Positions 59,187-64,000 of a DNA stretch of 64,000 bases are shown piece after piece; the stretch's first letter is position 1, and the number at the start of each line of letters is the position of its first letter. The stretch covers positions 10,540,001 through 10,604,000 of the forward strand of contig OZ076417.1 of NCBI GenBank assembly GCA_964187785.1, read 5' to 3'. The translations under genes and the position numbers were made by a program. The notes beneath the pieces are model-generated. The model was not told the DNA's origin. It was given only the letters and a program-made list of their open reading frames with translations, and did no database searches. The stretch comes from Amphiscolops sp. MND2022. Taxonomy: Eukaryota.

Positions 59187-62100
59187 ACTTTTTAAACGTA
59201 ACATACAAAGCTGAATGAGACTAAAGGGTACCCCTTTCATATTGTCTTTGGCGCTGTGAGACAATGTTTTCGATTTTTTTTGTCTTCAAAGGGTCCCCCT
59301 TTGATTTTATTGACGTAAATTCCGTCCCTCTTGTAATATCCGGAGTAAAGCGGTGTATCCGAACTTTTGACGTTATATTCGAACTATATAGCGTTTTTGT
59401 AAGGATGAGATTCGAAACAGGAATTATTCATGAAAACGTCGTACGTATATATCAAATCTGGCTTTTGCAACTTTAGATAAAGTGCCGACTTTAGACTTTC
59501 CCCGTCTTGTTTGTTATCAAACCACTCCTGTTTACACTATTTTCTACCCTGATAGCTTTCTCGCAATTATAAAAACTTTGATACACAATCAAGACAACGA
59601 AATACAATCAGGTTCAAAAGGGAAGAAAAAATAGTCTGTCAGATTGAAAGCTCAATTACAAGGTTGTTAAAAATTCATTTTATTGCTTCAAATTTCAACT
59701 GAATGTTCGCTACTTTGGAACTCGGATACTGTATGTTACGGAAACTGTGCCCTTCGGCAGTTTACGAACTCGCAACGTAGTTTGTGGATTAGAACGAAAA
59801 CATTTTAACCTTCTTCGTAAGGTCACTACAATCTTGCTTCAAAACGAAGGCTCAAAAGCCTGGCTCTGTGATTGTTCATATCTTTTGTATTTTCGATTTC
59901 CAACTACACATACGATAGAACCAGCGTTTATTGGAAAGGCACAATTTTGTCTGTTGATCCAATAACACGTTGAACATTACAAAACCGCACTAAAATCGCA
60001 GTGAAAAAAATATTGCACTGTAAAACATTGACCTTTTTTGTAGTTTGAAGTCCGGTAAGTGTTATATTCGGGTGTGCTTCTACCGTGAAGGTCACCCTTC
60101 CACTGCCTTTTACGAAATTCGGACTCTTGGAAATATAAGAAAATACAAATAAATTGAAAGCTGTTTTTCCTCTTGCTACAGTAAACGTTGTGAGGATCTT
60201 CAGTACAAAGGTGAACGTGTACATAGCTTTCGCAATTACTATGTTTGCAAGGAATCGTTTGAGTCTTACTACTATGAGTGCTCCACGAAGCTGCATGCCA
60301 ACTATATCTACCCGTTTGCTGGTGCAAGTCTACCTCTAGCGGCCAACATCCTAGCTGAACTTTTTTAATGACATGAAACGTATGTACAAGCTCTAAAAGC
60401 TACATTCAATGCGTCACTGAATAACTTCATCTGAAAATTTGCACTTCCAGATGAACGTTGATTTTGAGACGCGAATCCCGAATTCAAACACAGAGTTCAT
60501 TTGACCCGGCACTTGACGTCGCGTTCAACTAAACGGAGCTTCGGACTCTTATTGCTCCCAAACTTCACAAAACTAGCTGTCCTTTTTCTTTCATTATTAC
60601 TTTTGACGTGTACTCCAAAACACCCTTGACGTTGCCCATACCATTTCGAGAAGATTTCATCCTCCACATTATTAGTTTTTGGTTCTTCGGCATCACTGTC
60701 ACCCGAAAAAGTCAATTCTTCACTCGGCGGAGAAACGTTTTTGCACATATAATTGGCTGCTGATATATTATTCTGCTTCTGCAATTGTTGATACGCTGCT
60801 GACATTGTCATCCAGTTATTTCGACACATGAATCACCGTTTTTTCTTCTGTGTGGTTATGTTGTCACGTCTGCTGTTTTCCGCATAGCCAGCTGGACAAT
60901 TCTAGCTGCCGGTTGGTCTGCGAAGAACACCACTTTCATTCGGTTTTTGTTCTTTCTTGCCATTACGCAGATGTTTCCACAGAATGCTGTTTGTATTGTT
61001 GATATGGGTTTATGATCCTTGACAGTATGGTGTACTTGAGGCATGTCCACAAAATGGCCCATTTTTTCTACTTCAACTTTTTTGACCCCTCTGCACATCA
61101 CGTCGTTCAAAAGATCGGGCTCGGGTAGTTCCATAGTCTAGTAGTCATTCAATATATGTCTGCAGTAGTTGGCAGATGCATTGAAAATAATCTTTCGTGG
61201 CATTGTTGTGTTTTTTTCCGATAACTTCATGATGTCTGTTGTGGTGTACTCGGCTATTGCAATATCAGTCACTTTCGTTGAGTTTTGTAGCTACGTGCCC
61301 ACAAACAGCGTTCCAGCAAGAAATTTATCGATGGGAAAAGATCGATCCAAGGAAAGTTGATGTATTTACGCCAGCGTATAATACTAAACTTATGTCCACC
61401 CTTGATATCTCCTCTTGTTCTTTAATAGAGAAACCCGCTGAACCCGGAGAACAATTGACGGATCGATGATGTGTTTCAAATGCAGAAAGTTGATTTTTGG
61501 GAGTGACACCACTACCTATGAATGTTACAGCGCGACGTTCAATCAAAATTATTCCCACTGAAATTTCACCTTTTCTAACTCGTTTTCTGGAAACTGCAAG
61601 TTAATAATTCTATTAAAAATCAGGAACAACAAAACTTTCCAAGCCTATTGCGTTACTACGTTTGCCCCCTTATTTACAGCTAAAATTTGGTCTTAAGTTT
61701 CCACCCCCAACCAGACGACCGAACAGGCCGTTGTAACTTACTTTCTTGCTGTAAAATTCAGAATGAAAGAAACTGTTGCGGTCAAAACCCACAACGCTAA
61801 GCTTTTTTGACTCCGTTTCTGTTTTGTCTTCTAACGTAACATCTATAGTCTGTAGAAAATCTGAGTCGTTGAACGAGCCTAATTAATATCCCAAATTACA
61901 CCAACTGAAAAGTTACGCTGTTTTTTGACTTGGTATTTTTTCTCTGTGGAGTTCAATTATATTCAAATTTCCTTAAAGCTTCTTCTTAAACTCAAAATAG
62001 TTTGCAGTCATTATTTTGGTAGCTTGAAAGAAATGCAGCCTTGAATTTTTGCAATTCAATTTTAAAGTTTTAATTTTGTCCACTACACGTGAAACACTGT

Positions 62101-62984
62101 GCGGTTTTTTTCAACGATGGATCAACAACAGAGATTCTTCTGTCTTGTACTCAGAATGTTTTCAGATTCGCCGGAGGTGAATTCTTTCTGGGTACTTTTG
62201 TTAAAACTGGTAGCTCACTTTACAACGGATAGAGTGGGGTACAACTGTCAACGATTTCACGGGTTCAGGTCAAAAAGACTTCGCCTTCGGTATCCTTGAT
62301 GATATGGTTAACTCAAACACTTCCATCTTCATTTCAATGGAGACGAGTGCTTTTTACCGAAGAGGGATCACACCTGTGTGCATATCCGGTTGGACATCGG
62401 GCTGTTTTGATTCTGTTTCAAGTGGTTCTGTCATGTAATCGTTCTTTTTATCTGATTGGGTCACCGAAATACAGATATAATTCAGGTCAGAAAAATGGCG
62501 CGACGAAAAAAAGAATTCAAGTCATGAATAATTATACAAATTTAATATACATATGATAACAATAAAGAGTGAACATGTGGGTTTAAAGGAAGTGACCGAT
62601 TATTCAACAAATTCGCCTCTTCTGTTCGAGAAGCATCCTCTCAAACGTTCGTTTATTGAATAAATCAAACAGACTCAGATTCAGATTCTGAATGGACATA
62701 ACTTCAGGAGAACACAGTGGCCATTGCAGAATTTGCAAGAAAGTGTCTTCAGAAAATTCACGGTTGTCTTCGAAGCATGGGATGCCGCGTTTTCTTGCCC
62801 CATAATTCAACCAGAGTCGCACATGCGGTAAAGGAGTCGACTTAGGTCTTTTTCCTTCTGACTCGCTCCAATCCCAGTTATACGAATTTATTGAAATTCC
62901 ACACATAGACCATACTATAGTGTAGAAAATGATTGGAGAAACTTTCGTTCGAATCGTATGGACAGCTTTTGCAAAAATCAAAAA

Positions 62985-63235
62985 AAAAGTCGAAAAATGG
63001 CTGTTTTTTGGCCATTTTTGGGTTAATTTTGGCTATGTTTCTCACATCTCAGCAATACGAATTTGATCCAAATTACACACAAAGGACCATATTATAGTGC
63101 AGAAGGACTGTACAAAATTTCGTTTTAATCGCACGGACAGTTTTTGAGAAAATCGAAAAAAAAAATCGAAAAATGACTTTTTTTGGCCATTTTTGGGCTA
63201 ATTTTGGCTATGTTTCTCACATCCCAGCCATACGA
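62985..63235. repeat. Direct repeat of about 75 bp, two copies about 175 bp apart
   Basis: GAAAAATG.CT.TTTTTGGCCATTTTTGGG.TAATTTTGGCTATGTTTCTCACATC.CAGC.ATACGA occurs twice. Confidence 0.85.
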
Positions 63236-63282
63236 TTCTGCTGCCATTGCACATATAGGACTCTAATATGGTGTAGAATGAC

Positions 63283-64000
63283 AGTAGTGTATATAATCGT
63301 ATTTGACACCAGCGCGAAGGCGCAAGCGTGGCTCGGCCTCATCGCTCACAGCCTCGCTTCGCTCAGCTGCTCACTCTTCAACCTCCCCCACTTGCTTCAC
63401 CATTCGCTTCGCTTCGCTCCACTCATGGTGACCTTCGCGCTAATGTCAAATACGATTATATACACTACTCCGCTCCGCTTCGCCCCATCACTCAATTGCT
63501 CACCCTTCAAGTTAATATCAAATCCCCCTTTCTATACTATTAGTTATTACTCAAACTAAAGGATATTCACATTACATCCAAGGGATACTTACAATATTAT
63601 TCAAATAACATCGCTTCTCATCAAATGTAGATAAAGAGTTCTTTGTAACCTTTTGAAGAAACATATCATGATCTATAGATCTAATTACAAAATTTTCACA
63701 TTCTCTTTGATAATTACCCCCAAATAAACAGTTATAATATTCTTCAAACTTTATATTCTTACTCTGTGATTTTGAGATACCTTTTAGTTTGTTAGAACTT
63801 TCACCTCCACATCTATATGCATACGCTTTACTTCTCAAACAAACAAATTCATCAATCCAAATACTCCCAGGTGTTTCAATTTTAAATTTACCAAGCACTT
63901 TTTTATTTACTTCACTAAATAACTTATGCTCTCTACATAAATTGCTGAAATCAAAGAAATCTCTCAGATTATATAAGTCTTCAACAATATCTTTCGTATT
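63283..64000 (-). mobile_element. Terminus of a Maverick/Polinton element
   Basis: AGTAGT terminal signature at 63283, CGCTTCGCT-rich subterminal region, and an adjacent protein-primed PolB C-terminus. Confidence 0.8.
63572..64000 (-). CDS. Protein-primed family B DNA polymerase, C-terminus (Polinton-type), open to window end
   Basis: LGKFKIE, EFVCLRSKAYAY, KLKGISK, LSTFDEKRCY and SIPW. Confidence 0.9.
   Translation of the reverse strand, partial: NTKDIVEDLYNLRDFFDFSNLCREHKLFSEVNKKVLGKFKIETPGSIWIDEFVCLRSKAYAYRCGGESSNKLKGISKSQSKNIKFEEYYNCLFGGNYQRECENFVIRSIDHDMFLQKVTKNSLSTFDEKRCYLNNIVSIPWM

Overview
AT-rich animal (invertebrate-like) genomic window that is mostly transposable-element debris. 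Host species cannot be determined from sequence alone. Host coding signal is limited to two minus-strand Kelch-repeat exons (56778-56994 and 18280-18480) that join in phase across a putative 38.3-kb intron. That intron holds a CACTA/EnSpm-like non-autonomous element, a DD34E Tc1, a near-intact Mag-like Gypsy element (TSD GCTCC) and two nested, oppositely oriented Bel/Pao LTR elements. The Bel/Pao elements are the most unusual feature. The inner one (33827-43022, TSD GACAT, tRNA-Ile-like PBS) carries a tRNA-like A-box/B-box module inside its LTRs. Between PBS and gag it carries extra coding capacity: a decayed LDL-receptor class A motif and an intact 219-aa SGNH-hydrolase-like ORF. That ORF is conserved at the same position in the second element and is followed by repeated stem-loops with compensatory changes. 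Outside the intron are a Gypsy integrase fragment, a decayed BED-finger/hAT-like locus, a DD37E (TRT-like) transposon, a CR1/L2-type LINE with an esterase ORF1 and a viral-type 2A peptide before the endonuclease, a Bel/Pao PPT-LTR-PBS junction, and the end of a Maverick/Polinton. All domain calls are by-eye motif recognition, not database searches.
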